DNA of 63,861 nucleotides, counting the filler, from Reticulomyxa filosa (taxonomy: Eukaryota; Protista; Foraminifera), in assembly GCA_000512085.1 (NCBI GenBank). It is 18 parts of 18 records of this genome, joined end to end, with 100 filler letters (N's around TTAATTAATTAA, not from the genome) between each part and the next. Parts side by side here need not be neighbours in the genome. Positions count along the whole stretch, not along the records: positions 38,658 to 55,142 come from ASPP01015151.1; positions 55,243 to 57,619 come from ASPP01017475.1; positions 57,720 to 58,901 come from ASPP01024228.1; positions 59,002 to 62,275 come from ASPP01050314.1; positions 62,376 to 63,861 come from ASPP01011818.1; 13 more parts are not named here. One strand, 5' to 3'. Positions 53,043 through 63,861 of the stretch are shown one piece after another. The first letter of the stretch is position 1, and every line of letters starts with the position of its first letter. A program made the translations under genes and the position numbers. The notes under the pieces are model-generated. The model was not told the DNA's origin. It searched no databases and saw only the letters and a list, made by a program, of their open reading frames with translations.

Positions 53043-55105
53043 TTAATTATCATCTTCTGACAATTGATCTGTTTGGTCACTTTCATAATCGTTTGCGGAA
53101 TGATTTCCTCGTCCCCCGTCATTGCTTTCATCACTGCTCTCAATGTCATCATAGAATTTGCCAATTTTTTGAGAAATTTCGTTAAAAGACGGACGATTCA
53201 TAGGATATTGGGCCCAGCACGAGTCTAGCAATTTTTTTAGCTCAATTTTGTCAACGACGTCATCCCACTCTTCCCAAGTGGCATCTGAAATTCCCAGTCT
53301 TTGTTGATTAAATATCATGTTGATCATACGCCTCGCCTCAAATCCTTCATAAGGCAATTTGCACGTGATCACACTCCACATGCAAACGCCAAACGAAAAA
53401 ACGTCAGTCTTAAAATCACTTAATATTCTTGGATCTGTGTGATCAAATTGGTTGGTAGGATTCAATTTGCCTTTCATTCGGACCTTTTTTGTTTTTTTCC
53501 CCCCCCCCCCCCAAGATAAAGAATGCATACATACAATAAATATGTTCAATAAATATATGTACAATAATGCAATAATCAAACATCCCAATGAGATAGAGTT
53601 GTGAACGCAACTAATTTTAACAAAATTTCCGGTGCCAAAAAGGCAGGTGTTCCAACATGAATAGTCCTCGAAATCTCTTGTATGTCTGCATTACTGAGAC
53701 GGACTTGCTCTCCGTCGTGAGTGGTAGTAATTAAGACCTCTGTCTCGTCGTCGGCGGGAGCAGCCGGATCGATTTCGCGAATTTCTTCTTTTTGTTCTTG
53801 TTTTCGTTGGTATTTACTAGGTTGTAATTTTCTGTCGCTGTTTGGTGGTGGTGAAGCAGTTCCCTGTTGCTTTTTGCGATCGCGTTTGCGTCGCAACCAT
53901 TCAAGATCTGTGCATGGTCACACATAAGGAAATAAGTAGACACACGCAGTGACGAACAAAAAAAGTAGAGCGACATATATGTGTATATGTATATATGTTA
54001 ACCTCGTTCATCTTTGGGTGAAGTTTGATCTGGTTGTTCAGTATCGTTTTGAACGGAGACAGAGCGACTACTTAAAGTCAATTGACTACTATACTTATTT
54101 TTGTCCTGTGGCGATGTGATAGAAGAGGCACTCAATTTACCATGTTTACGCGAATCTTTATTAGTGTTGGCGTCTTGCTCGTCTATGGACCCTTTGAACT
54201 TGGCTTTTTCCATTTTGCGAGTGACTCCAAAGTCGCAAATTTTGGCGACAAAGCGACGTCGTTTGGGAAGATCGAGTGAGTAATCATAGTTGACGACAAC
54301 ATTGGCGGTTTTCAAATCGCGATGAATGAACCCGTGTTGATGCAGGAACTCCATTCCACTGGAAATGTCTTTGAGAAACAGTAGTCTTTGTTTGATTTCG
54401 CGCAACTCTGGGATGGTGTCTTTGTGGATATTTTGAACCAAGATTTGCTGCAGATCCCCATACACGCAGTACTCGTATATCAAATAAAAGCCTTCGTACG
54501 TCAAAGACGCCCCCAAAAATTTGACAATGTTGGGATGCGTCAACGAACTGCTCAAAATCGATTCGCGAAAGATCAATGTCAAATCGGTCCATCCCATTTC
54601 CGTTCGCTTGTCCAATCGCAGCAGACACTTTATCGCGACGTCCTGCTTTCGATATTTTCCACGGTACACTTTGCTGGTCGCGCCTTTTCCTATCGTGTTG
54701 TTTTCGCGCGGACTCGTCACCACGACTTCGTCGTACTCTTCAAACTGGTCGCTTTTCGCAGAAGCGTCACTACTCACTGACGTGGATCGACGACTGCCAA
54801 AAGGGGAGAGAACACACATATATACATATATACATATATGCATATATACATATATATATATGTATATACATATCAATGCACAAATGCGTACAAACACACA
54901 ACACAAACTGTGATTTTTTGTAGGTTGAGTGCAAATGATCCCTGCCTCGCAAGTGAGGCCATACATCTTCAGGCTTTTCAGGTGGCATGGGCGAGTCGGG
55001 GTTGTAGATTTTTTACTTCGAAAATGGGATCACTGGCACGTATCCGGATACAATTTGTTTCAATTTGCGGAATCGGGTTTGTTTATCATTTGATGGATCT
55101 TTGTT
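53043..55105 (-). CDS. Tyrosine-kinase-like (TKL) protein kinase, 5'-partial, spliced, with long insertions
   Basis: IGKGATSKVYRG, VAIK, HPNIVKFLG, HRDLKTAN, ICDFG, GTPAFLAPE, DVFSFGV and CWAQYPMNRPSF. Confidence 0.92.
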
Positions 55106-55399
55106 AACGAAAAACACAAACATACATATATGCATATATACANNNNNNNNNNNNNNNNNNNNNNNNNNNNNNNNNNNNNNNNNNNNTTAATTAATTAANN
55201 NNNNNNNNNNNNNNNNNNNNNNNNNNNNNNNNNNNNNNNNNNAGAGAGAGAGAGAGAGAGACCCATTAAGACATTGTTAAGTGTATTTACACATATGTGC
55301 ATATATGCATATATGCATATATATGATATGTATTATATGTATATGTAACATCTCATTAAAAATTTTATTTAAAAAAAAAAAAAAATAATAATAATAAGA

Positions 55400-56600
55400 A
55401 ACTTCCATCCACTAAAGCATTAATGCAATTTCCCAAAGCCAACAAAGATCGATTGATATTGGACCCTTCTCGTTGATTGCCATGTTGGTTAGTCATGGAT
55501 CCGCGCTCGGACCCAGCCAAGTCGATCATGTTCAGCTTGCCGTACATGATTTTGTGACGATGTTCCGGGGCGACGGGGATCGTCTCCACATGGACTTGCA
55601 AGATCGCATGTGAACGCGACGATGTTTCATTGCCAAACGTCGCCTCCGTTGTTCTGCGGCGGTTGCCAATTTCCAGCATTTGCATTACCTCGGTTAGACT
55701 CTTCGCGGGACCATTTTCACTCCTGACACCACAACTCCCTTTCATTTTTTTTTTTTTTTAAAAATTAGTTTTTTAAAAAAAAAGTTGTTTTTTTTTTTTT
55801 TTTTAAATATATGTATTATATTATACATATATATATATATATATATATGTACATATATATATACACTGACTTTGGTTGGAGATTCTCTCAATTTCACAGT
55901 GGTTCTATCTTTGTGCATTAGATCTCGTATTTCTTCATTGTAAATCTCCATAAATGCCATAAAGATTTTGATTTCGTAGTGACTCTTGTTTTATTGGCCA
56001 AGTGAAATAGATCCTTTAATGTACACAACATTATGCCAGGCTCATTCTTATCCCCCAACATTGTGTGTGTTTTCCCCGCCCCTGTTGCTCCATATGCAAA
56101 CACTGTGGCATTATAGCCTTCCACTATTGTCTTCACTACATTACGAGATGTATTTTTATAGACCTCTTGAGTACTCGCCGTTTCATCAAACGCATGATCA
56201 AATGCAAACTTACGATCTCGATTTTTTTGTCTTTTTTTTTTTTTTTAAGCACGTTACATTTAAAAAAAATCGGTATCTAACAGATATTACTATCCGCTCA
56301 CTCCCTTTCTTTGTCTCCTTGCATATTAACTTCTTGCTTGGATCTGAAAGAATCACGTACTTCTGCTCTACTACGCTTATCACACTTTCGAGCCCTTTCT
56401 TTCGTTCATGGTCAAACAATGGACGAACACGAATCGACACCTTCACAGTTTTGAGGCGTTTCAACAAGTTTTAACAAGGTTTTGTCACATCGATACTCAA
56501 AATAAAATGTGTAAAATTACTTTACATTGAAAGTTTCTTTTTGTACTTCCAGTTCTTCATCTTCTTCTGGCGTTGCTATGCTCTTTCCAATGTTTTCCAT
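55400..56600 (-). CDS. Kinesin-8 (Kip3/KIF18/KIF19-like) motor domain; 3'-partial, start uncertain, two homopolymer frameshifts
   Basis: VSIRVRP, FAFDHAF, GYNATVFAYGATGAGKTHTM, EIYNEEIRDL, NETSSRSHAILQ, IDLAGSER and INRSLLALGNCINAL. Confidence 0.92.
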
Positions 56601-57018
56601 GAGAATTTTTCTTTATCCCCCACTTTTTTTTGACGTGAGTCCTTTTTTGAAACGTTGCTACATTTTGTGGACGTTGCAGTTCTGTCTCTTACAAACAGAT
56701 GTTAGAGAGCAGATTTGTAACGCTTCTTTCTTTCTGTTTGCAATTTGAAAATTTGTGCAGTTAAATTTTTTTCACTGCTGTAGATATGTGAAATCAGTTT
56801 TTAGTCCAAAATTTATTGACGTTTATACGGCACGAACAAACTAAACATAATTTCTCACCTAGAAAAAGGAGGCAATTTTAACAATCTCTCAATTTACACA
56901 AGTGAAGACGAACGACAGTTAAATTAAAGGCGTCCCTTTCAAAAAAAAGTTCAAGGTTTCCTTTTAATAATTTTGTCGAATATATCTTTATTTACTTAAA
57001 TTACGAAAAAAAAAAGAA

Positions 57019-57619
57019 ATGCCAAAAAAGAACCCAAAGCAAAAAGTGAAAGAGAAGCAGAAAAAGAAAGCAAAAGCAGAGCAATCAGGAAACAATAAAG
57101 CAGAGGAGAAGCCAGTAAAGGAGAAAGAGGAGCTGCTGTCACGTGGACAATTATTGAAGAAATGGGGCATTCGATTGGGACCAGAAGGTTATACTCCCGG
57201 GCCACCAAATGCACCAAAATCGATAAACATCCACGAGTTCAACATGATGGACCCGGGTGGTGGACGCGAATTACTGCACAAAACGGAGTTGAAAATATCG
57301 GAAGGACACAAGTACGGGTTGGTGGGGAAGAACGGTTTCGGTAAGACAACGTTGTTGAAGCTGATGAAAAACTACGAGATCGAGGGTTTCCCGACCCACA
57401 TTCGAATGTTGTTGGTGAACCAAGAAGAAGAGCTGAGCGACATGAAGGTGTTGGACAGCGTATTGAAAGCAGACGACATTCGAGAAAAGTTGGTTACCGA
57501 AGAGGAGCGGCTCACAAGGATTCAAGCGGAGACATCAGAAGAGGATGAAAAAAAGCATGAAGAAATCAATGAATTGTTCAAGTTAAAAAAAAAAAAAAAA
57601 AAATTTTTTTTTGAAATTT
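57019..57619 (+). CDS. ABC-F family ATPase, N-terminal part (3'-partial)
   Basis: Lys-rich N-terminus, ELLHKTELKISEGHKYGLVGKNGFGKTTLL (Walker A), Q-loop LLVNQE and VLKAD; no TM segment. Confidence 0.88.
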
Positions 57620-57719
57620 NNNNNNNNNNNNNNNNNNNNNNNNNNNNNNNNNNNNNNNNNNNNTTAATTAATTAANNNNNNNNNNNNNNNNNNNNNNNNN
57701 NNNNNNNNNNNNNNNNNNN

Positions 57720-57757
<38 letters not shown>

Positions 57758-58901
57758 AACAGCAATGGAACAACGAGTGAGAGTACGATGGACGGAGGAT
57801 TTGATGAGTTGGATATCCCGACGCAGATCCTCGAGTTTACGTTCCAAGGGAACCAAGCTGTGGGCTTTAGCGTGAATGTGACAAGTCGAATGGAAGTGGC
57901 AAAAGTGAAGGAAAATGGCCAAGCGCAGCAGTTGGGACTGAAGCAAGGCGACATACTGATCCGCATTGACGAAGAGGATGTTGGAAAGAATTGGGAAAAG
58001 GCGACGCAGTTGCTGAAAGACCGCGTGACGAAGCCGGGCAAATTCACGATTGCGTTTTCGCGACGCCAAGTGGAAAAGCTGAGCATTTTTGTGTCGCGTG
58101 CGGGCATGGAGACGTTGAACGGAAAGTATGTGTTTTGGAAGCGAGATAGCCAAAATCATGGAGTGCCTATTTTTGTGAAAGAGACGGACTACACAAGCAA
58201 GTATCTGAAAGGACGAAATGAATCAGAAGACGAAGAGAAAGCAGACAAGCCAAAAGAGAATGCGAATAAAAATGTATCTTCAAATGACAAAGATAAAGAT
58301 AAAGATAAAGATAAGACGGACATCAACTTTTTGCAATGCAACGATGGCAACGTGCATATCTTGCAACGAGTGGTGTGCGACGAAGAAAGTGGAGAATCGC
58401 TGTGGGTATTGCGAGATGGCAAAGACCAACACTTTTATCTGGCGATGACGAAAGAGTATCTTCCGCCACAACAAGGATGGGACACTGTCCCCAACTCGCA
58501 CGCCAAGTATCCCGCGCCCGGCCTGCAGTTCTACGCCGCCGACACCAAATTCGTCACGAAAATGCTACCCGACGGCACCATCTACGACCCTACCAAGCGC
58601 AACGAAACGCACGACGCCTTGAACATACAGAGTCGTGGCAGGACCAACCAGCACCGTCAGCAGCAGACCTTGACCAAGTTGAACCAGTTCCAGGCCACCG
58701 CCACTGCTGCCGCGGTGCAAATCCAAGCCATGGCTGCGAAGGCTGGCATGGGTGCCGCCACGGCTATGGGTAGATATCAATACAATACAGCGGCAGTTAA
58801 GCCCAAGCCTGCTATTGTTACTGCAACTGCTGCAACTGCTACTACTGCAACTGCTATTACTGCTACTGCTGCTGCTGCTAATAAACAAAAACCCAATAAT
58901 A
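57720..58901 (+). CDS. PDZ-domain-containing hypothetical protein (partial at both ends)
   Basis: VGFSV...VAKVKENGQAQQLGLKQGDILIRIDEEDV is PDZ-like; an uninterrupted ORF spans the contig. Confidence 0.75.
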
Positions 58902-59001
58902 NNNNNNNNNNNNNNNNNNNNNNNNNNNNNNNNNNNNNNNNNNNNTTAATTAATTAANNNNNNNNNNNNNNNNNNNNNNNNNNNNNNNNNNNNNNNNNNN
59001 N

Positions 59002-59554
59002 TGAAGAACAAATGACATGTTGACGATGATTACGATAATGATATGGTGAAAATTTCACACAATACACATAAGTTGAATGTCCATTGAACAATTGAATTTG
59101 TTTGTTGTTATCGACATCCCATACACGAACTGTTTTATCATATGATCCAGAACAAATGAATGGACTATTATCAAATGTTGAACAATCAATACTATGCACC
59201 CAATCAGTGTGTCCAGTGAATGTGTTAATCAATTTGGATGATGAATGAAATGTATCAAACATGAAGATAGTAGATATCTATGTTAAATAAACATTTGAGT
59301 ATTTTGATTAGTATTTAAAAAAAAGAATAAACAAATGAATTAACATAATTGATAACAAGCTTGTCAAAATCTTTGATCCATCCTAATTTGATTTTTAATA
59401 TTCGAATCCAATATTGTGTGATTACTTGAATCTCTTCTTCTTCAGACTGAAAAATAAAACAATAAAAAAGGCAATAGACTTTCTGAAAGCTTGTAATAAA
59501 GCTTACCAATGCTAGTTGTGTTGAAGTTCGCTTCTCATTGCTAAGAGTTGTCAT
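59002..59554 (-). CDS. WD40-repeat paralogue, N-terminal part (3 exons, 3'-partial)
   Basis: MTTLSNEKRTSTQLAL | SEEEEIQVITQYWIRILKIKLGWIKDFDKLVINY | ...MFDTFHSSSKLINTFTGHTDWVHSID. Confidence 0.9.
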
Positions 59555-60587
59555 TTTGTTTTTTTTCTTAAGTTCGTTTTTGACGATGTAAAATGAACCT
59601 TTTTTCCTTTCAAAGGCAATGAAAGGGGTTTTCAAAATGTTTTGGTAATATGAAAAACAGGATTTTAAAACATGTTAGCTTTCTTTCAATTAAGATAAGA
59701 AATTTTTTAAAAACTTGTTCAAAACTGAGTATGCACGTATAAGAGTAAAAATTTGAATATCCGGCTGCGTAAATAATCGCGGATTATGTAATTGCATAAA
59801 TTTCATAAATGATATATTTTCATGACTTAACTTGAAATAGTTGAATAAATTTGTGTACTTCTTTTTCAAATTACTTTATTGTAAAAGATATTTGGTTATT
59901 TTTTAACATTGAATTTTGTTGTTCAGTCATTGTCAGTAGTTTAATTCTTAACATAACATTTCCTCACGTTACTTTCAAACATTGAAAAGTTAGTATGATA
60001 TTTGGAGAGTGTAGACATTTTTGTCATACCAAAGGCAATAATTATAATTGTGATAACCTGTTTTTTCTAAAAGCAAAGTCAAAAATAAATGATAGTCAGC
60101 AAATAAAACAAATCAGAAATCTGCGAAAATTTTAAACAAAAGAAATTAATTGTTTCAAAAATTTGAATATTTTATTGATTTTTCAAAATTTCGCAGTAAT
60201 GCATATAAATCAAATCTGTATTACCAAGATGAAGTTTTTAAATCTTTTTATTTCTTTTAGCAATGTAGATACCCTTTTTTTAAAAAATTAGCATTATATC
60301 TTTCGTAGTTTTTGAAAAAATTCAACTTGAAGTTTTATTTGACGTAAGTTGAGTTTTGTAACATAATTGACACAATGTAGTCAACTGTTATATTTGTAAT
60401 TTAGACAATAAAACATAATGTTCAGACTGTCATTTTTTAATATTTTTTACCAATTTCATAACTGATTTCATTATTTACCTTGCAGTCAAACCTAACACCT
60501 TTTGAACCGAAGCAAATTCAAATCGTGACATTGTTTTTATTAGGCGTAGTCTTTTAATTTTACCTTATCTGTCAAGTCTTAGTTCAA

Positions 60588-61504
60588 TCATTATGGTAGA
60601 ACACTTGGTTTGTGTTGTTGGAGTTATCGGGATTTAGAAGTTCCACTACAATGTTAGCATCAGCAACAAAGAAAAATCGAATAATGCGTTTCGGTTTTTT
60701 CCGGAAAATGTTGTGTTTTCCTTTTCTGGATTTTATTTCATTGTCCTTGTCTTCCAACTAAGCGTTTTGATCTTCTTTATGCGCGTGGAATGCGGTCAAC
60801 TTTTCCAAAAAGCGATCAATGCTCAGTATGTGTTGCACTAACAAGGACAAGTCTACATTGTCCAACAGTCATCACAAATCAATGATCTCACTCCCCACAG
60901 GTAATGAGTATTGTTCGCTTGTGTCTATTAGCACATTGTTGATTTCATTTTGCCAAATGGGATATGTTCCGGTCCACAACATAGCATAAATCCCATTTTT
61001 ATTTGCTTTTTTTTACATGCAACAAACCATCGTCCAAGTATCCATGCAAAACGACAACGAAAATACAAAACAAATAAGTAACAAGACATTCCGTAAACAG
61101 TGCAACATAAGAGTCATTAGAAACTTCGTCTGTCTGATCAGTATGTTATTTTTGTTCTCAATTAATCATGTCCAATTTTTTTTTGCGATTCTTTTTAAAT
61201 CATAGAAACAAGACATCAGTCTCAATTTCAATAATCTCATCAATTGGATTAGACACTCGACATCTGTCATCAAACCTAGCACAACTGCCCTTTCATAAAA
61301 CGCGAGCATTTTCACGTATTTTGGCAAGCAATAGCTGGAGCTATTGTCTAACAATGACAGTCTATCTTGTAACTTTCCACACAAAATATCGTCGTACACA
61401 ATGATGCCATTGCATCGTCGCAATGTGTGAATGAATTTTATCAAAGGCAACATCAATTCCAGATTGACGCACAACACTAAAAAAGAATGTTGATAGTTTT
61501 TCAC
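60588..61504 (-). pseudogene. Decayed gene of unknown family
   Basis: Protein-like frame GIYAMLWTGTYPIWQNEINNVLID...IDL**LLDNVDLSLLVQHILSIDRFLEKL...* with in-frame stops. Confidence 0.4.
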
Positions 61505-61918
61505 GTAGTATTTGTAATCATTATATTATCTGTATTCTTTGCGTTGCACTTTTACTTAAAAAAAAATAAACGATATATTTGGCTCCAGTGTCCAAATCTG
61601 ATCACCAGTAAATTTCTGGCTTTCTACGTATGATATAAACCAAATGCTTGCCCCAACATGATACATATCAATGCATAAAATCACGATGTTGCAAACATCA
61701 TGCGCAAACAAAGAACAAATCCGTTTGAGTATTTGAATGATAGACACCATTCTGGTGAGTGATTTATACTCATTATAAAATAAGCCAGCGATATGAAACC
61801 ATAAGTTCACAAAACATCTGGTTCCCATTAGAAAAAAAACACACATATTAATATAACTTTTTTTTCAATGTTCAAACTATTGACACAACATGGACAGCAA
61901 AAAAAAAGCAGTTGCAAA

Positions 61919-62275
61919 ATGACAACTCTTATAAATGATGAACAAACTTTAACTCAACTAATAGTGGTAAGTTTTATTCCAAATTTATAAAAAGTTGATT
62001 TTGTTCAAGTTTTTATTGTATTTATTGTTGGATTAGCTAGAGGAAAACGAGATCCAAATTATTATCCAGCATTGGAACCGAATATTACACGTTAAATTCG
62101 GATGGATAAATGATTTTGATAAACTAATTGCCAATTATGTTGCGTTTTTTTTATTTTTGTCTTTCGTTTAATTCAAATAAAAATAAACAAATATATTTGC
62201 GATTTTTTATCATTGCTGTTAACACAGGCAACTACTTTCTTTATGTTTGACACATTTCGTTCATCATCCAAATTA
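61919..62275 (+). CDS. WD40-repeat paralogue, N-terminal part (3 exons, 3'-partial)
   Basis: MTTLINDEQTLTQLIV | LEENEIQIIIQHWNRILHVKFGWINDFDKLIANY | ATTFFMFDTFRSSSKL, with the same intron positions as the other copies. Confidence 0.88.
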
Positions 62276-62465
62276 NNNNNNNNNNNNNNNNNNNNNNNNN
62301 NNNNNNNNNNNNNNNNNNNTTAATTAATTAANNNNNNNNNNNNNNNNNNNNNNNNNNNNNNNNNNNNNNNNNNNNAAAAAAAAAAAAAAAAAAAAAAAGA
62401 TAACAAATAATTGTAATGATCCGTCTCAACAACAACAACAACAACAACAACGAACAAACGGCAAT

Positions 62466-62978
62466 GTGCGAGACAAAATGGAACAATACGAGTCGTTTGT
62501 ACGATACGGCAGCGAGCAGGATTACGGACATGTAGGACACAATACATCATCATCGTTTTCGATGACTCAGCCAACGACAGCAACGTCATGCTTCATTGAC
62601 AACAGCGCGTTGTTCCCAACGAAAACGATGACGACAGCAACATCGACGGCGACCACCGCAACAACAGCAACAACAGCAACAACAACAGCGGCAGCGTGCC
62701 CTCCGTCGATGATAATGGATGACTTTTTGGACGATATGCTGGTGCACATGAATCTGAATATGCCTTTGCGAATGCACTTCCCGGTATCAGTACCCATTTC
62801 GACGACGCCGTTGCATATGCGCGTCGACGCGAATCCACCATCATCATCATCGTCTTCTTCTTCTTTTGATATGGTCGGAGGTCATCATGTCCCACACGCC
62901 ACTTATCAGGGACATGACTCGATCACCACGACTGCTACAGCAACTAGTGCAACAAATGGTAATAATAATAATAATAAC

Positions 62979-63034
<56 letters not shown>

Positions 63035-63301
63035 AGCAGCGGAATTAATGTGTATTGCCGCCACGACAGCAATGACAACGACTATGGCAGACGCAATCCC
63101 GACAATCGATGGCGAAGAACTGTACGAACTTGTGCATCAATCCCAAAAAATGGACCAAGACGACCTCGTATTGGCGGACAAGTACCACTCGATTTTGACA
63201 TCACCCGTCGCAGTGCAGAAGGACTTTGTCGGCGATATTGCGTTGCAAACGGTCAGTGGGATGGGCCTTGAAGGGATTGCAGATTTGATGACTTATCACA
63301 C

Positions 63302-63354
<53 letters not shown>

Positions 63355-63629
63355 GTAATAATAATAATAATAGTAACAGTAACAATAATAATGTTGATCA
63401 TGCTGCGACGAATCAATTCCCACTCATTCAGACACTACTCAATCGCTACCATAGCAACAACAGCACCGGCTCCACTGTCGGCACGACGATCACTGCCAAT
63501 GACATGGACGCTTTGGCCAACAACGGCTGCTGTGTGTTGTATGGCTCCAACGATGCCAACTTCCTTGCCACCGCAAACTCCAAACAACACTCGTGCAATT
63601 GGCCTGATCACTGCTCCAACTTCAAATGA
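62466..63629 (+). CDS. Low-complexity (poly-Asn/Thr/Ser) hypothetical protein, probably partial
   Basis: 387-codon ORF. Coding-like sequence continues in another frame to a GT donor near 63818. Confidence 0.55.
62961..63032 (+). repeat. (AAT)n microsatellite encoding poly-Asn; second tract at ~63303-63392
   Basis: Directly visible tandem AAT. Confidence 0.95.
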
Positions 63630-63827
63630 ACCCCCATTTCACAAATGGATCGAACACGTCAGTGGCGCCACCAATCGGGCCGCCCCTTCTCCGTACTTGA
63701 CTCTCCACTCCGACCCATCGTCTACCCATTCCAATTTCCATCCTGCCGTCATGCAAATCATTGTTAACGAGGGCTTGGCATGTCGTGTCATCGACCGATT
63801 ATTCCAACAATTTGAGGGTATACATAT

Positions 63828-63858
<31 letters not shown>

Positions 63859-63861
63859 TAT

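Noticed and set aside
13679-61504. Stop-codon reassignment as an explanation for in-frame stops
   Set aside because: TAA, TAG and TGA all terminate intact genes here, and the stop-containing regions are otherwise decayed, several with frameshifts.
63750-63818. NEGLACRVIDRLFQ as a kinesin motif
   Set aside because: The match is too short and there is no P-loop upstream.
1-63861. rRNA, tRNA or CRISPR loci
   Set aside because: None were recognised by eye. A tRNAscan-SE or Infernal run would be needed to exclude small RNAs in the AT-rich intergenic regions.

Overview
The window is not contiguous DNA. It is 18 short contigs joined by 17 identical 100-nt spacers (N44-TTAATTAATTAA-N44), so adjacency across a spacer has no biological meaning. 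Seventeen contigs are AT-rich eukaryotic DNA with short GT-AG introns, homopolymer runs and microsatellites. The WD40 and Kelch-like paralogues with many pseudogenes resemble the freshwater foraminiferan Reticulomyxa filosa (inference, not checked by search). One contig (15903-16977) is GC-rich bacterial DNA carrying an ATP-grasp gene and purB, and is probably a co-sequenced betaproteobacterium. Recognisable genes are a CDK10/11-like kinase, a PARP, a chromodomain protein, a DHHC palmitoyltransferase, CTL/SLC44, MFS and SLC26 transporters, a TKL kinase, kinesin-8, an ABC-F protein, WD40 paralogues, a caspase-like fragment and a decayed Tc1/mariner transposase. The most interesting observation is an 8-exon gene (19457-22119) that fuses a DhlA-like haloalkane dehalogenase, with its catalytic residues intact, to an enoyl-CoA isomerase-type crotonase domain ending in a PTS1-like AKF. 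This suggests a peroxisomal dehalogenation/beta-oxidation enzyme. Secondary leads are a PD-(D/E)xK nuclease-like gene, surface-hypervariable WD40 paralogues, a Kelch-caspase remnant, a two-WGR PARP and an EF-hand protein with a repeated LQYxLAEEK coiled-coil motif. All exon boundaries were inferred by eye.
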